Of a stretch of 64,000 nucleotides of DNA, positions 44,738 to 54,384 are shown in pieces; the first letter of the stretch is position 1; every line of letters starts with the position of its first letter. Where the stretch lies: IMG/VR virus record IMGVR_UViG_3300021559_000009, positions 1 through 64,000 of that record; one strand, given 5' to 3'. The notes beneath the pieces were generated by a model that did not search any database, had not been told where the DNA came from, and was given only the letters and a program-made list of their open reading frames with translations. Position numbers and translations under genes: made by a program. This DNA comes from an uncultured virus (IMG/VR IMGVR_UViG_3300021559_000009). Lineage: Duplodnaviria > Heunggongvirae > Uroviricota > Caudoviricetes.

Positions 44738-46260
44738 TAGTTCTGCACCAGCTTGTCAGTCAGAAGCGTTTGCCATACCTGAATGTTTTTGACATGCATG
44801 GGCCAATTACCGCAGCCTCCACCAGGGCAACCGGCTGTCATTCCAGCACTGCAGGCCGAGGTCGTAAACGAAGCCGTACAACCACTGGAAATAATCAATA
44901 TAAAGCCGTTGCTGCCATCGGCTTCCGTAAACGCCCCATCATATGGACTCGCCGTGCATGTCGCCTGCTTGCCCGAGCCTTTGGCAAAGTAGGTGCAGTT
45001 ATTGGCATTAGTTGCGATCATCAACGACGACGCCACGGCTCCTCGGTTAAAGCTCAAAGCATAGACGCCCACCTTACCTGGAGTGCCGCTGGTTTGCGAT
45101 GCGACCGTTGTCGCTGCTGTCGTGGAGTTGCCGTTTCCTATGTAGCTACCAGTAGCAATCGACCCGGCAGACAGCATTTGCGTCACATGAAGCGTCACGC
45201 CGTCGCTATCGATCGAGCCGGTAAAAACCGCGTTACCGGGGCAGGTATCTGCGTCTACCAGATAGCCGTAAAATCCCACTCCGTTGTTTTTTGCCGGAGG
45301 TACCCACAACTGATCAAAGGTGTGAAACGTATTGCCGTCCAAAACCGGATTGCATTCCGTCGAGCGCAGCGGCGGCGTGCCAAAGTAGTCCGAAAAAATA
45401 GAACCGCCCGAGCATGAGACGCCGCAGAGATTATCGTGGAGGAAGTTGTTGAGCAACACGCTACCATTGGCAGAGAAACAATCACAATTATCGGTTTCGA
45501 TAAAATTCGAACCAGGTATCGTTCCGGGCCATGAAGTCAACCACCACGCAGGCCACCGCCAAGGTGAACCGGCTATGCCGTTCGGCGCCTTGGTCTCATC
45601 GAATGAAACGTATGCGCGAGCATATAGACCGTTTTTAAAACTGATGCCTCGGTAGGTTTCCGGCACGCCCGAGGGCACGTTCAGCGAAGTCCATGTGCTG
45701 ATGCCGTAATTGCTGTCGCCCTGTGAAACATTAGTTAGTGTCAACCCGGTAACGGAATCAACCGATAAGGTGTTAGTGGCTTGAATGATCGAAGCCATGA
45801 ACTCGCAGCTAGCGAGCGTCTGCGCCGGACTAACTGTGTATGTCCCCGTTCCGCCGGAGCCTGCCGTGATAGTCGTCCCTATTGACGGAGCGCATCCTCC
45901 GGCTCCGACACCAGGACTCAATGTCATTCCAATTTTGAGTACCGCAGAAGACACAGCCGTTACTGTCATCGTGCCGGTGTTGGCGATCGACGCAGTCACG
46001 TCTACGCGGGTCAAACCCTGAGTTCGCCAATTGAATCCGGCCGCATTGGTGGCGCCAAGATCGATCGTCCCAAGCGATGTCATTGGATCAAAAAAGGTAC
46101 ACGTATTAAATCCAAAAGCACCAGCGGTACTCGGAACGGCGTCAGGACAACCTTGTGAAGAACCGCTTGAAAAAACTTGAAATATAGCAAATCCTGCCGT
46201 TGCTAATTTAGCGACCAACAGAATACCGACGATTGATAGTGCAATTAAAAGACGGCGCAT
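44737..46260 (-). CDS. secreted-type, Cys-rich GH16/ConA-like appendage protein
   Basis: Signal peptide MRRLLIALSIVGILLVAKLATA; WPAWW...IETDNCD; FHTF; WPMHVKNIQVWQ; GTGTYTVS repeats. Confidence 0.6.
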   Translation of the reverse strand: MRRLLIALSIVGILLVAKLATAGFAIFQVFSSGSSQGCPDAVPSTAGAFGFNTCTFFDPMTSLGTIDLGATNAAGFNWRTQGLTRVDVTASIANTGTMTVTAVSSAVLKIGMTLSPGVGAGGCAPSIGTTITAGSGGTGTYTVSPAQTLASCEFMASIIQATNTLSVDSVTGLTLTNVSQGDSNYGISTWTSLNVPSGVPETYRGISFKNGLYARAYVSFDETKAPNGIAGSPWRWPAWWLTSWPGTIPGSNFIETDNCDCFSANGSVLLNNFLHDNLCGVSCSGGSIFSDYFGTPPLRSTECNPVLDGNTFHTFDQLWVPPAKNNGVGFYGYLVDADTCPGNAVFTGSIDSDGVTLHVTQMLSAGSIATGSYIGNGNSTTAATTVASQTSGTPGKVGVYALSFNRGAVASSLMIATNANNCTYFAKGSGKQATCTASPYDGAFTEADGSNGFILIISSGCTASFTTSACSAGMTAGCPGGGCGNWPMHVKNIQVWQTLLTDKLVQN

Positions 46261-46270
46261 TAATCACCTA

Positions 46271-47182
46271 TCAGCTAGTTGGGCAGGAGCCGTGCACTGT
46301 GGTAAAATACGTGCAAAGACGACCTTCAAGGTTTGTAACATCAGTAGAGGATAAACTGCCTCCAATAGTGATTGCACCAAGCTGTAAAGCACTCCCGAAA
46401 TTCACCGTCGATCCAGCAACACGCTGAGCAAGGATGGCAACGTTACCATTGAGAACGGCGGCAGAAGCTTCTGTGCTATCGCCAACATCGGATGCATTCT
46501 TGTAATGTTGAACTGCACCAGCACCAGAACGATTAACCACATAATGTCCGATGCTGTCAGCATTCAATATCCCTGTAGCGTTTGTTGCGGAATTAGCATC
46601 ACCGTAAAAGTTGCCATCATTGTATTTCGGAAACAGTCTCGTGGAATTAGTTGCCGCCAACACAAGACCCATAACCGTACCGCCCGATGCGCCGCTTGTC
46701 GCATTTGTGAAACTCCATGCCGATATGTGCGAAGAATTCTGCGTGAAATGCGGTGAAGTTGCAGTGGAAGGATTGAAACCCGTATCGATATAGATCGTTG
46801 TGCTGGCATCGACACCGCTCCATCCATTATTTGCAGAAAAACAAGCAGTAGCCCCAGCGCAACCTGTTGAAACATTACCGTTTGCGGTCCCATTAAAAGT
46901 GCCAGGATTGACAGCATTGACGAGAGAATTTGCACTTGAATTGACAGCAAAAACATAAAGCACATCAAGTTTGGCAAACACACCATCAGTTACCATCCCG
47001 CATATCAATGTCGTAATAGCACTTGAATTTTGACTACCATCAAGCATACCATTATACGTAGTCGCTTGAGAGCAGCCGCCGCCTCCTGCCGAGGCCGAAA
47101 CGAGCGGCAGCCAGCCAGCAGCGCGAACAGCGACAGCAGCAAGTACAAAGAAAACACCAATGACGGCGGCGAGCCGTTTCAT
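46271..47182 (-). CDS. secreted-type LamG/ConA-like protein
   Basis: MKRLAAVIGVFFVLAAVAVRA; AKLDVLYVFA...YIDTGFNPS. Confidence 0.65.
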   Translation of the reverse strand: MKRLAAVIGVFFVLAAVAVRAAGWLPLVSASAGGGGCSQATTYNGMLDGSQNSSAITTLICGMVTDGVFAKLDVLYVFAVNSSANSLVNAVNPGTFNGTANGNVSTGCAGATACFSANNGWSGVDASTTIYIDTGFNPSTATSPHFTQNSSHISAWSFTNATSGASGGTVMGLVLAATNSTRLFPKYNDGNFYGDANSATNATGILNADSIGHYVVNRSGAGAVQHYKNASDVGDSTEASAAVLNGNVAILAQRVAGSTVNFGSALQLGAITIGGSLSSTDVTNLEGRLCTYFTTVHGSCPTS

Positions 47183-47439
47183 GGCTTCTTTTCCTCCCCA
47201 GCACTTTCCTTCGCCTTCTCGGCTGCGTCGCGCTCGGCTTTCAGCGCCTCGGGTAGCTTGACCTTCGCAAGATCGCAAAAGTCCTGGAACCTCATGCGAA
47301 AGCCGTAAAGAGCCGCCTCACAGAGCAGCGGAATGATCGTCGCTTGATCGGCAAGCGTCAGCGGAATGTTGACCGTGGACTGCTGAGCGCCGGCACAAGA
47401 TGGCGCAAGCAGAGCGAAAACAAGTAAAACCTTGCGCAT
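47179..47439 (-). CDS. small signal-peptide protein (fibre chaperone-like)
   Basis: MRKVLLVFALLAPSCAGA followed by a helical mature part. Confidence 0.6.
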   Translation of the reverse strand: MRKVLLVFALLAPSCAGAQQSTVNIPLTLADQATIIPLLCEAALYGFRMRFQDFCDLAKVKLPEALKAERDAAEKAKESAGEEKKP

Positions 47440-47447
47440 TCAGCATC

Positions 47448-47798
47448 TCACTTCGGTGCAATGGGCGTATAGGTGCTAACCGCGTTTTGCTGCAGTATTT
47501 GCTGATCGAATCCGCTCACATCAGAAACGATCCCATTTTTTATGGTATCGGCCCAAAAGGTCAGCACCTGCCCCGCCGTGCAAATACCGTTTATGCTGCC
47601 ATTGCAGCCCTTTTGATACGTCGCGATCATCTTCGCAATTGTGACATTAGGTGGCGTAGCCGTAGCGTCGCTATAAGTTTTTGTGCATCCGGCGCCAGAG
47701 CATAGGCCGACAGGTGCTGTTAGCGTGATCGTCAATGTATCGGCGATAGCCGCAAATGAAGTGCAAACCAGCGCCATAGCGATTAAAGTGCGTTTCAT
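47448..47798 (-). CDS. small signal-peptide protein with two Cys pairs
   Basis: MKRTLIAMALVCTSFAAIA. Confidence 0.65.
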   Translation of the reverse strand: MKRTLIAMALVCTSFAAIADTLTITLTAPVGLCSGAGCTKTYSDATATPPNVTIAKMIATYQKGCNGSINGICTAGQVLTFWADTIKNGIVSDVSGFDQQILQQNAVSTYTPIAPK

Positions 47799-47802
47799 TT
47801 TC

Positions 47803-49224
47803 TTACGCTCCCTTCCACGAAGTGCCATCATAGAATACTGGACAAACCACAGACCCTCCACCTGTCGGAGCAGCCAGGAATGTGCAGGCGACCGCGTCGG
47901 TCACATAAGCCATCGCGCCAGTTATGCCTGTTGGCAATCCAGCTACCGTATAGCCCTTTAAAACAACCGGGATAGCTGCGGTGATCGCAGTAGCCGTCAC
48001 CGTTAAGTCAGTTACGCCGCTGCTCTGAATAGACAACGTACCTAGATTATTCCAGGTCGTACCGTTTGCAATGCCTGCGCCAGAAGTAACATTGGTGCTG
48101 CTGTTGACCGTAAAAATAGACTGCCCTGATATGTTTGTATTATTTCCCAATAAAATTGTTGCATAGGCACTAGAAAGAGCATTACTATTTTGAGCATAAA
48201 TAGCTCCTCCCTGACCATTATTGGACAAACTTGATTGTATAGTTGAACTAGCGGTAATGCCATTATTTAACGTAAGTTGCCCATTCCGAGATACGCTAAA
48301 TTCACTCGTAGTGCCGGAAGCGCCGCCATAGAGATTAAATAATGTCGTGCTTGCACCTCTTGCCGTATCCGTAATACGAATAGCAACGACATCCGGCGAT
48401 CCCGTTGTATTCAACGTGCCAGAAAGATCAAGCAAAGATGACGCATTCGATCCGGTAAGAGAATATCCGGTCTCCTTGATCGCTATGCTGTTAGCTTGGC
48501 CAACAACATTGATTCCCTCAGTTCCGAGTGCCCATGCATTGGTAAGCGTTACATTAGTTCCGGCCACCGGCACCTTAATATATGCACCATAGTAATTCGT
48601 AAATGTAGCCGCGCTTGATGCCGCAACCGTGTTGCCGCCAAAAACATCCGTATATGCAGCCGCAACCGTTCCACTCGACGATGTGTCAGTCATTGTCGCT
48701 GCAACATTCGCGTAGCGAATACCGCTCGTAGTCCATGCCGCCGCCGATATGTTGCCGCTCAAGACGAAACTGGCGCCCGCTACAGTAGTCTTTCCATTGA
48801 GCGTCGTGGTTCCTGTCGTACACAAAACATCCGTACCAATGGTGCAGCCGCCAATCGCAACCGAGGTCGCGGTCGCAACCCCGAGCGCAGGCGTAACAAG
48901 CGCTGGCGAGGTCTGCATCACCGCGACCGTACCACTGCCGGTCAGCGTGTATTCTCCAAGCACTCCCGCATTGTCGTAGAGAATGCGCGTCGTCGTCCCG
49001 CTCGTGATCGTGCTAGTTCCAACAGTGAGCCCACCGCCACTGCCACATGCGCCGGAGCCCACAGTGCCGCTGCTGATCGTGAGGCATTGGCCATTTGACC
49101 CGCCCGTAACAGGCGTCGTATTGACGACAATCGTTGTCTGCGCCGAAGCCGTTATGGTCTGCGGGTAGGCAGGCGACAGCGCGAAAAGTAGGCCAAAAAG
49201 AACACCAGCCAAGGTTCGTCGCAT
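47803..49224 (-). CDS. tail-fibre-like protein with signal peptide
   Basis: MRRTLAGVLFGLLFALSPAYP; TSPALVTPALGVATATS repeat; C-terminal YTVAGLP...AYVTDA...VFYDGTSW. Confidence 0.72.
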   Translation of the reverse strand: MRRTLAGVLFGLLFALSPAYPQTITASAQTTIVVNTTPVTGGSNGQCLTISSGTVGSGACGSGGGLTVGTSTITSGTTTRILYDNAGVLGEYTLTGSGTVAVMQTSPALVTPALGVATATSVAIGGCTIGTDVLCTTGTTTLNGKTTVAGASFVLSGNISAAAWTTSGIRYANVAATMTDTSSSGTVAAAYTDVFGGNTVAASSAATFTNYYGAYIKVPVAGTNVTLTNAWALGTEGINVVGQANSIAIKETGYSLTGSNASSLLDLSGTLNTTGSPDVVAIRITDTARGASTTLFNLYGGASGTTSEFSVSRNGQLTLNNGITASSTIQSSLSNNGQGGAIYAQNSNALSSAYATILLGNNTNISGQSIFTVNSSTNVTSGAGIANGTTWNNLGTLSIQSSGVTDLTVTATAITAAIPVVLKGYTVAGLPTGITGAMAYVTDAVACTFLAAPTGGGSVVCPVFYDGTSWKGA

Positions 49225-50579
49225 CACATCACCATGCCATGAATGAAGCCCGTAGTCGCCAGCGTCAACGTCGCACAAGTCGTGGAAGAAATCGCCGCAG
49301 TAATCCCTACCGAATAAACAGCAGGCGGTCCGCCAGCATAATTAACCGATCCAAAACCGCCGGCTGAAATCGGAATACACTCGACCATATTGCCAGATGC
49401 AACACCTGCCGTAGTTGATCCATTACTCGGTGCAGAGGTCGAATTGAACACCATCAACCAGCAAGCCGCCGAACATTCAGCGTAGACACTATAAAGATTG
49501 CCGGCCGCATTTTTAAGAACAAGTGATGACGCTGCCGAACCACCAACGACCGGTGTTATGCCAACCAATGCCGAAGATGACGGAGCAGGACCAACAAATG
49601 GAACAGCGTTCGCCGCAGCAGCAGGACCAAGCGTGATAATGCCTGGACTATCCGGCCGGAGATCGACCACAAGCGCCGTATTAGTTGCCGTAACCGGAGC
49701 AGTGTTTACTGCAACTTGACCTGTCGTAGTTGCAGTACCACCAAAAGCTGCAACATTAACTGGAATATTAGATTGATTACTCGCAACTACAACTGGCGAC
49801 GAATTCGCCATCGTCGCTTGACCATTAACGTTCGCATTCGTGACATCGACATTGAGCGCGTTCGATGTCGATGCAATCACGTTGCCCGCGCCGTCTACAA
49901 CCTGGGATTTTTGCGAAGCGTTCGTCTGGTTGGCAGAGGTCGCGAGCGTCGAGGTATTAAGATTGGTCCCAGCATTTGCGGTAACGGTAGGCGTATTTGT
50001 TATAAAAGCATTGACGCCCGGCACAAGAACCGCCCCCGGCGACGTGCCGTAATTCGCCATCGCGCCGAGGGTGCCGCCAGCCCAGGTCGTTATCGCTGAC
50101 GATCCTCCGCCGCCTCCGCCACCACCGCCGGAACCCGTAGCGAGTCCCGTTCCGCCCGAAAGAACCACGAGGTTAGAAACCGTCCCCGTCTGGTCGATAC
50201 AAGCGATATTGGTGTTGGCCCCGACCGTGTAGGAAAAAAACCCTCCTGGCGCTATTTGGTCTTCATTTGCAACCGCCGTCACACCGAGCGTGCAAGAAAC
50301 GGCTGTCGTCCCGGTATTGTAGGCGACAACAACAATCCCGGCCGGCAGCGCAGTAGTTGCTGAAGAGCCCGTGGCGGTCAGCGTCGCGTAGGCGCCCCCT
50401 GGCGCGAAGCCGCCCACTGTGGCGCTAACCGTGGCGGTGACAGGCAAAGGGTTAGACGCCGAGACAGGGGGGCAGTTATTAACCCCTAGCGTCACACACG
50501 GACGCACAATAGCTTGCGCCGACCCCTCGACATAACTTAGTAAAAGCAGGGCGATGGCAAGCCCGAGTTTGCGGAGCAT
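49224..50579 (-). CDS. virion decoration/fibre-like protein with signal peptide
   Basis: MLRKLGLAIALLLLSYVEGSA; VSASNPLPV; GQATMANSSPVVVASNQS; KNAAGNLYSV beta-sandwich. Confidence 0.68.
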   Translation of the reverse strand: MLRKLGLAIALLLLSYVEGSAQAIVRPCVTLGVNNCPPVSASNPLPVTATVSATVGGFAPGGAYATLTATGSSATTALPAGIVVVAYNTGTTAVSCTLGVTAVANEDQIAPGGFFSYTVGANTNIACIDQTGTVSNLVVLSGGTGLATGSGGGGGGGGGSSAITTWAGGTLGAMANYGTSPGAVLVPGVNAFITNTPTVTANAGTNLNTSTLATSANQTNASQKSQVVDGAGNVIASTSNALNVDVTNANVNGQATMANSSPVVVASNQSNIPVNVAAFGGTATTTGQVAVNTAPVTATNTALVVDLRPDSPGIITLGPAAAANAVPFVGPAPSSSALVGITPVVGGSAASSLVLKNAAGNLYSVYAECSAACWLMVFNSTSAPSNGSTTAGVASGNMVECIPISAGGFGSVNYAGGPPAVYSVGITAAISSTTCATLTLATTGFIHGMVM

Positions 50580-50581
50580 AG

Positions 50582-50809
50582 CTATTTTTCCTCTTTTTCC
50601 TCGCTCGACTTTGTTGGAGGAATGAGTTGGGTATTCGCCTGCGAGATCAGTTTTTGCAATAAGGGGTTGACCTCGTTCCACGGCGCCTCGCCGAGTTTTT
50701 TTATGATCTGGTTGGCTTCAGAAAGCGTTATGGTCCACGTAACATTGCGCTCTTGCGCCAAGACTCCCGCGGGCAGTAACAGCAATATCGCGATAAACGT
50801 GCGCCACAT
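50582..50809 (-). CDS. small signal-peptide protein resembling fibre-adjacent chaperones
   Basis: MWRTFIAILLLLPAGVLA then ITLSEANQIIKKLGEAPWNEVNPLLQKL. Confidence 0.65.
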   Translation of the reverse strand: MWRTFIAILLLLPAGVLAQERNVTWTITLSEANQIIKKLGEAPWNEVNPLLQKLISQANTQLIPPTKSSEEKEEK

Positions 50810-51063
50810 CATCGCTTTCTCACAATCCAGTTGGCCGCAAGCACGAACAGCGCGTAAATCGAAAGCGAGGTGATCTGGTAGACATTCGGATCGGGCACTG
50901 ACCACCACAGCCACCACGCGCCGAACACGGTGAGTAGACAAAAAAGGTCGGCAGCAGCCACGAGAGCGCGCTGAGAGAGGGCACGCAGCGCCAGCATCAC
51001 GCCGGCGACGGCCGCCGGCTCGGCGTCACCCTCTTCAACTATCTCGAACTTTCGCTCGGCCAT
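50809..51063 (-). CDS. small membrane protein
   Basis: Two TM segments. Confidence 0.6.
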   Translation of the reverse strand: MAERKFEIVEEGDAEPAAVAGVMLALRALSQRALVAAADLFCLLTVFGAWWLWWSVPDPNVYQITSLSIYALFVLAANWIVRKR

Positions 51064-51280
51064 TACCCACTTCCTCTACTTGCGCTGCAAAGTCCTCGAA
51101 GGTCGGCGTATCGTCCCGCTCGGGCGTCTTGCTACGGTTCTTGCTCACTATAGCAAGATACGCCGCCAAAGTCTTGAGCGCATCCACCTTCTCGCCAAAG
51201 CGAGGGGCGCCCTTGCCCGACTTGACCGCCTCGGTTGCGACGTGGGCAGCGAGCGCCCCAATGTCGTCGTCTATGCTCAT
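51035..51280 (-). CDS. hypothetical protein
   Basis: Coupled ORF. Confidence 0.55.
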   Translation of the reverse strand: MSIDDDIGALAAHVATEAVKSGKGAPRFGEKVDALKTLAAYLAIVSKNRSKTPERDDTPTFEDFAAQVEEVGNGRAKVRDS

Positions 51281-54200
51281 TCGACGGCCTCCGATGACGG
51301 TTCTGACGCCTGTTCAAGTCCCTCGCCCACCCCCGCCCCAACGGCGCCGCCACGCTGGAGCGCCTTTTGAACCTGTTGGCGCACTATCTCGCGTGCCGCG
51401 GGATCGCCAGTCAATCCTTTCTGCACCCAGCGCAGGAAAGCGGGCGAAGTCGCGAGCTTACGCACGAGACCGTAGTAGCTGCCAAGCATTGTTCGTCCAG
51501 TCGCGTCGGCAAAAGGGACGATCTTGGTCGGTGCCATTAATGTCCTTGCAATTGCGCCACCGCGTCCCAAGATCGATGCCCACGGGTGCTCCACTTTGGA
51601 CTGTGCAGACATCGACTTAGCGGTACCCTGCGTCCCCCTGGTTGACATCAAAAAATCCATCTCTTTGGCAAGCTGCTGCATCTGATCGAGCGTCACTCCG
51701 GGGAACATGACCCGCTGCACCTCGGGCGATATCTTGGCAAGTTCCTTGCCCGGCTCAAGTGTCCCCTGAAGGATGCGTTGCGCGTGTACCTGCCGGAGCA
51801 TCTCGAACTCGGGCGAGTCTTCGCCAAACCGCGCGGCGGCGGCGAGGATCAAATCCTCCGAACCTAGAATGCGGTCAACCGCATCAGCGGCGCCCGTCGT
51901 GGGCTTGAGCAAGAACCCGAACGGACCGGCCAGCCGCTTGGCCCGCAAATCAGCCGACTCCTTCTTCGTTGCCGCCTCGATCCCGCCCATCTCGCGCTTG
52001 AGCGTGCCCAGCGGATCCTGTTTAGCGACCGCTTTGGCGGCGTCACCCGCTGCCCGCGCGCGAGCAATTATTTCGGTCACGGTGTCACCAGGCCGCACCG
52101 GTATCTCCAGGCGTCCGCCCAGCATCTCGATGCGCCGCGCCTGCTCGATGAGCTTGGCTGATGCCTCGCGCCCGTGCACCGCCTCCAGCATATTACCGAC
52201 GCTGCGATGTCGCTCCAGAACTTGACGGGCGAAAGCACGACCATCGATCTGATCGGGCACTAAAGTCTTGCTGGCATCTAACATGGCCTGCACGTCGGCC
52301 GCCTTGACGCCTGCCCACAAGTTGGGACCCACCAGACGCGCGACCGTCCTGGTGAGGTCCGAGCGTCCCTCCCTGACGAGCGTGTCGAACAGGTTCTTGG
52401 GATCGGCCGGCATGCCTGACTCAAGCCCGCTTACCACCGCCTGGATATGCTTGTCGGTCAGCGGCCTGATGGCATCGCGGTAGAAATCATCCGCTGCCCG
52501 CAGCGCGCGCGCCGCCTCTTGCAGCTCCGGCACCGCGCCGGGATCGTTGAGAATCTCATCCACCCGGTTGGCAAAAAACTTGAAGGTGCCCTGCTTCACA
52601 TCGGGCGTGAGATCGAGGTGATTGTAATTGGCGCGCAGCACGGAGCGCAGATTGTGCAGCTGCCCGAACGTAGGCGTCGCAGGCTCCTTCTCCCACTCGC
52701 CGGTCGGCACGCCATGCTCATCTAGCTTCTGGACGCCCGCGAGGTCGCGAATCTGCTTGACGATCGAGGGGTAGCGGTTCTCGAACCCTTCCGGCAGCTC
52801 GGCCAGGAACTGCGCGGCGCGCTCGGGGAGCCCCGCCATGTCGGGCAAGTGCCCACCCGCAAGCGCATCAGCCTCGTTGTACATCTTGCGCGCACGCGCC
52901 TGGATACCTTGCTTTACTGCCTTGAGCTTCTCACCCACCATCTGCCACAGATCGCCGGAATTACCTCCTGCCTTGGACACCTTAACGGCACCGTCAATGT
53001 CCTGTTGGATGTCCCGAAACCCTGCATCAATCAGGTTTTCAGCGGCTTTTCGCGCCGCAACTTCGGCCTGCCGCAACCCCTCAACGCGCGCGCTGTGCTC
53101 GCCCGCCTGACCCACGACCCTGCCGAGCGCAGCGCCTACCTCGCCCTCCCGCCTCGCCGCGTGCTCCGCCGCGAGACGCGCGTCCTGCTCAGCAGCGACC
53201 GCTTGCGCACGAACGAGGATCGCCGTACCGGCGCGCTCCGTGGACACCGCTTCGGTCGGACTGGAAATCGAGCCCGCAGGTCTATCGCCAAACTGCTCTA
53301 GGATGTCACCCGCTTTTTTCTCGTAGTGACGAGTAGCCGATTGTAGAAGCGGTTTTTCAGTGTGAAAAGCGGGATCAAACACCTCGTGCACGTTCTGAAG
53401 ATGCGGCGCTCCCTTGGCCCAACCCGACAGCGGAGCCATTGCACCAGGCTCAGTAATGCCTAACATGCGCAATAAAGCGTTCGAAGACTCGTGTTCACCT
53501 CGCTCGCCACCTTGCTCGCCTAACGTAATAGCCGTTTGCAGCCCTTCGGGATCGACGCCAAGAAATTCGGCCGCCACGCCAGGCAGTCCCAACTTGGCGC
53601 CACGCATCCGGGGCAGCACGGAAGCAACACCGCGCCCCATCGCAGTCCCGGCGCCTGCCATCACGCCCGAAGCGCCCAGCTCCATTGCCTCCTCGCCCGC
53701 GGAACGATCGTAGACCCCCGCGAGCGCCATGATCGCGTCGTTAAACCCCTGGCCCACCGCGCCGCCCGCTGCCGCGCCACCGACCGCCCCTGGCAGGCCG
53801 CCCGCGAGACCGCCGCCGATCTCACCCGCAACCGCGCCTACGGTCGGAAAAACGCCGCCCGTCGCCGCGGCGCCGGCTGCCTTCCAGTTCTCAGCGAGCG
53901 ACTCGTGCTCTTCCGACGGCCCTCTGGGACGACGGCGCGTGCCGTTCCGCTCCTGGACGTAGAGACCCTTCGGATCGTTCCTGATCTCAGCGCCGGGATA
54001 ACCGCGCTCCAAAGCGCGACGCTGTTCCCGCTCGTTGACCGCCATGTTGAACAATGAATGAGTCGTGAAATCCACGCTCTCATAGCGCGGCTTGGTACGC
54101 AGATTGCCGCGTGGGTCAAGGAAGTCGGCGCCCTCGGGCACTGCTTCGTAAGAATCTTCATCCGCGACCGACCACGGCTTGGTTCGGGTATTGCCCTGCG

Positions 54201-54384
54201 GATCAAGGAAGTCGGTACCAGGAGAAAGAGCGTCGTACTCCTGCTGGGACGCTACTTTCGGAGGTGGCGCCTTGTAGGCAATGTCGGGCCGGTCCCGCAT
54301 CGGTGCGCGGGGCTCGGCTGCAAGCCCGCGCTCCTTGAGAAGAGAGCGCTCGGCATCGAGCTGCGAGGAATACGCGTCACTCAT
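51277..54384 (-). CDS. large internal virion (ejection) protein
   Basis: 1035 aa, helical, with Gly/Ala TM-like segments; duplicated ALxPGxDFLDPxGNxRTKP motif; position in the podovirus gene order. Confidence 0.7.
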   Translation of the reverse strand: MSDAYSSQLDAERSLLKERGLAAEPRAPMRDRPDIAYKAPPPKVASQQEYDALSPGTDFLDPQGNTRTKPWSVADEDSYEAVPEGADFLDPRGNLRTKPRYESVDFTTHSLFNMAVNEREQRRALERGYPGAEIRNDPKGLYVQERNGTRRRPRGPSEEHESLAENWKAAGAAATGGVFPTVGAVAGEIGGGLAGGLPGAVGGAAAGGAVGQGFNDAIMALAGVYDRSAGEEAMELGASGVMAGAGTAMGRGVASVLPRMRGAKLGLPGVAAEFLGVDPEGLQTAITLGEQGGERGEHESSNALLRMLGITEPGAMAPLSGWAKGAPHLQNVHEVFDPAFHTEKPLLQSATRHYEKKAGDILEQFGDRPAGSISSPTEAVSTERAGTAILVRAQAVAAEQDARLAAEHAARREGEVGAALGRVVGQAGEHSARVEGLRQAEVAARKAAENLIDAGFRDIQQDIDGAVKVSKAGGNSGDLWQMVGEKLKAVKQGIQARARKMYNEADALAGGHLPDMAGLPERAAQFLAELPEGFENRYPSIVKQIRDLAGVQKLDEHGVPTGEWEKEPATPTFGQLHNLRSVLRANYNHLDLTPDVKQGTFKFFANRVDEILNDPGAVPELQEAARALRAADDFYRDAIRPLTDKHIQAVVSGLESGMPADPKNLFDTLVREGRSDLTRTVARLVGPNLWAGVKAADVQAMLDASKTLVPDQIDGRAFARQVLERHRSVGNMLEAVHGREASAKLIEQARRIEMLGGRLEIPVRPGDTVTEIIARARAAGDAAKAVAKQDPLGTLKREMGGIEAATKKESADLRAKRLAGPFGFLLKPTTGAADAVDRILGSEDLILAAAARFGEDSPEFEMLRQVHAQRILQGTLEPGKELAKISPEVQRVMFPGVTLDQMQQLAKEMDFLMSTRGTQGTAKSMSAQSKVEHPWASILGRGGAIARTLMAPTKIVPFADATGRTMLGSYYGLVRKLATSPAFLRWVQKGLTGDPAAREIVRQQVQKALQRGGAVGAGVGEGLEQASEPSSEAVE

